A stretch of 64,000 bases of DNA, from contig CM060731.1 in assembly GCA_030704615.1 (NCBI GenBank), positions 61,008,001 through 61,072,000 of the forward strand, written 5' to 3'. How positions within the stretch are numbered: the stretch's first letter is position 1; each line of letters opens with the position of its first letter. Positions 62,601-64,000 of the stretch are shown piece after piece. Under the pieces are notes generated by a model. That model ran no database searches and was not told the DNA's origin. It saw only the letters and a list, made by a program, of their open reading frames with translations. A program made the translations under genes and the position numbers. The DNA comes from Takakia lepidozioides. Taxonomy: Eukaryota; Plantae; Bryophyta.

Positions 62601-63974
62601 AGTCATCTGCAAACAAGTCTTGTGCAACAAGATCTGAATTTGTTGCCTCTCCTTGCCTTGAAAATGTGCAGTATTTTCTTCCCTCTGAGAAGCCACGCAT
62701 CAACAAGATCATAGAACAAACAATGTTGGAAGCTGACGAAATGGGAGTCAAAGTTCTCACCCTTGGAGCACTCAATAAGGTTCGAACAACTTCTCCATCT
62801 GCATGTCTTTCATGCCTCACACTAGGTCCCAAGGTGTCAAATGTAGAGCTTAAAGCGTAAACTCGGCATAGACTGTGATCCATTGTCTTGTATTATCTCA
62901 GATCATAGTACATCATGTACAGCTACTTACAAACCAGTTTCTCTGCATGTACCCAGAACGAGGCGCTGAATGATGGAGGAACAAGGTTCATCAAGCGCCT
63001 TCCAAATCTAAGAGTTCGGATTTGCCACGGGAACACGCTGACAGCAGCCGTCATCCTCAATGGGCTACCCAAAGATGTGACCGAAATTTTTCTAACAGGA
63101 GCCACATCCAAGTTGGGCAGGGCCATTTCCCTCTATCTCTCCAGACGCAACGTGCGAGTTCTGGTATGTTCTCCAGTCTGATCATGCAGCTCACAGAGTG
63201 TTAGACAACGTCGCGGACATGGCCGCAACTTGAGGGATAACATTCTAAATCGTGACTGATTGTTTTGTGCATTCGAAACAGATTCCGAGTCCTGACCACA
63301 ATCCTACAATTGAATACTAAAACCGCTGATCCACTGTGACTCTGTATTCCCATTGACCAGATGTTGACAACATCGCACGAACGATTTAAGGCTGTTCTGG
63401 ACGAATGTCCACAAGAGTACAAACACAATCTTGTCCAGGTTACCTCGTATAAAGATGCCTGCAACTGCAAGGTAAGCCAGTAGTATTATGCTCACCAAAG
63501 TCTACAAAATTATACAGTTGAAAACTGCGCATGCAGGAAACTTCCATAACTTTCAGTTTCACACTCTATTTTGGACATTATGTCCATGTTGCATGGTTCC
63601 CATCATCTTGCCCGGCCTGCCTCACTGTTCATGGCTGGCCAGGCATAGATGTCGTGGAAGCAGCATTCCTTTGTTTACTAGCTGTTTCAACTCTTCGAGC
63701 TGGCTGCTACAAATCTCGGTAGAAGGATCAGATGTTTTCATGTAGTTCTTGATGCATAACCTTTCCGGACACTGATGGAAGTGTCGTGGTTCCTGTGCAG
63801 ACATGGGTAGTTGGAAAGTGGGCATCACCTAAAGATCAAAGCTGGGCTCCAGCAGGGACGAGATTCAACCAGTTTGTGGTACCCATCATACAGGAATCCC
63901 GTCAGGATTGCACCTATGGAGCTCTGGCGGCCATGAATCTTCCAAAGCATGTTAAGGAGCTTGACACCTGCGAG
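59663..63974 (+). CDS. CER3: CER3/WAX2 copy 2 (exons 1-10; last exon beyond the window)
   Basis: Exons 59663-59725, 60120-60346, 60671-60906, 61154-61373, 61577-61704, 62093-62349, 62672-62779, 62957-63163, 63361-63471, 63801-63974. Same lengths as copy 1 except +3 nt in exon 1. About 20 amino-acid differences and no stops seen. Confidence 0.93.
60487..60614. mobile_element. 128-bp insertion in intron 2 of CER3 copy 2, TA-flanked
   Basis: Copy 1 reads ATAGTACCAG; copy 2 reads ATAGTA-[TGTA...TACA]-TACCAG. Confidence 0.45.
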
Positions 63975-64000
63975 GTGAGTCTTGGATTTATCTTTTAGTT

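Overview
Eukaryotic, TE-dense genomic DNA, most likely from a non-seed land plant (inferred from a Tcn1-type chromovirus, a Replitron-like HUH gene, a PLS-class PPR fragment and CER3). The only intact host genes are two tandem, same-strand CER3/WAX2 cuticular-wax paralogues: 32403-37998 (11 exons, 656 aa) and 59663->64000 (10 exons visible), both with a GC-AG first intron. The rest is nested mobile DNA: four degenerate L1-clade LINEs; a gag-protease remnant; a 15.2-kb CACTA element (8020-23175); RTEX-like retroposon pieces; a 650-bp piggyBac-like MITE; a Cwc24 pseudogene; a Replitron-like ORF; a self-priming chromovirus (43269-57611) whose 5' LTR is split by an 8-kb Sola-like DNA transposon; and two tRNA-derived SINEs. 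The CACTA has divergent TnpD and TnpA-like genes, an FCP1/NIF-type HAD phosphatase domain inside the TnpA-like gene, and a captured PPR fragment. The two most novel-looking signals are (i) a codon-conserved D-I-N-W-[KR]-H motif at a near-fixed distance in the +1 frame just past ORF2 of all four divergent L1s, and (ii) the phosphatase-bearing CACTA accessory gene. All family assignments come from motif recognition by eye; no database searches were run.
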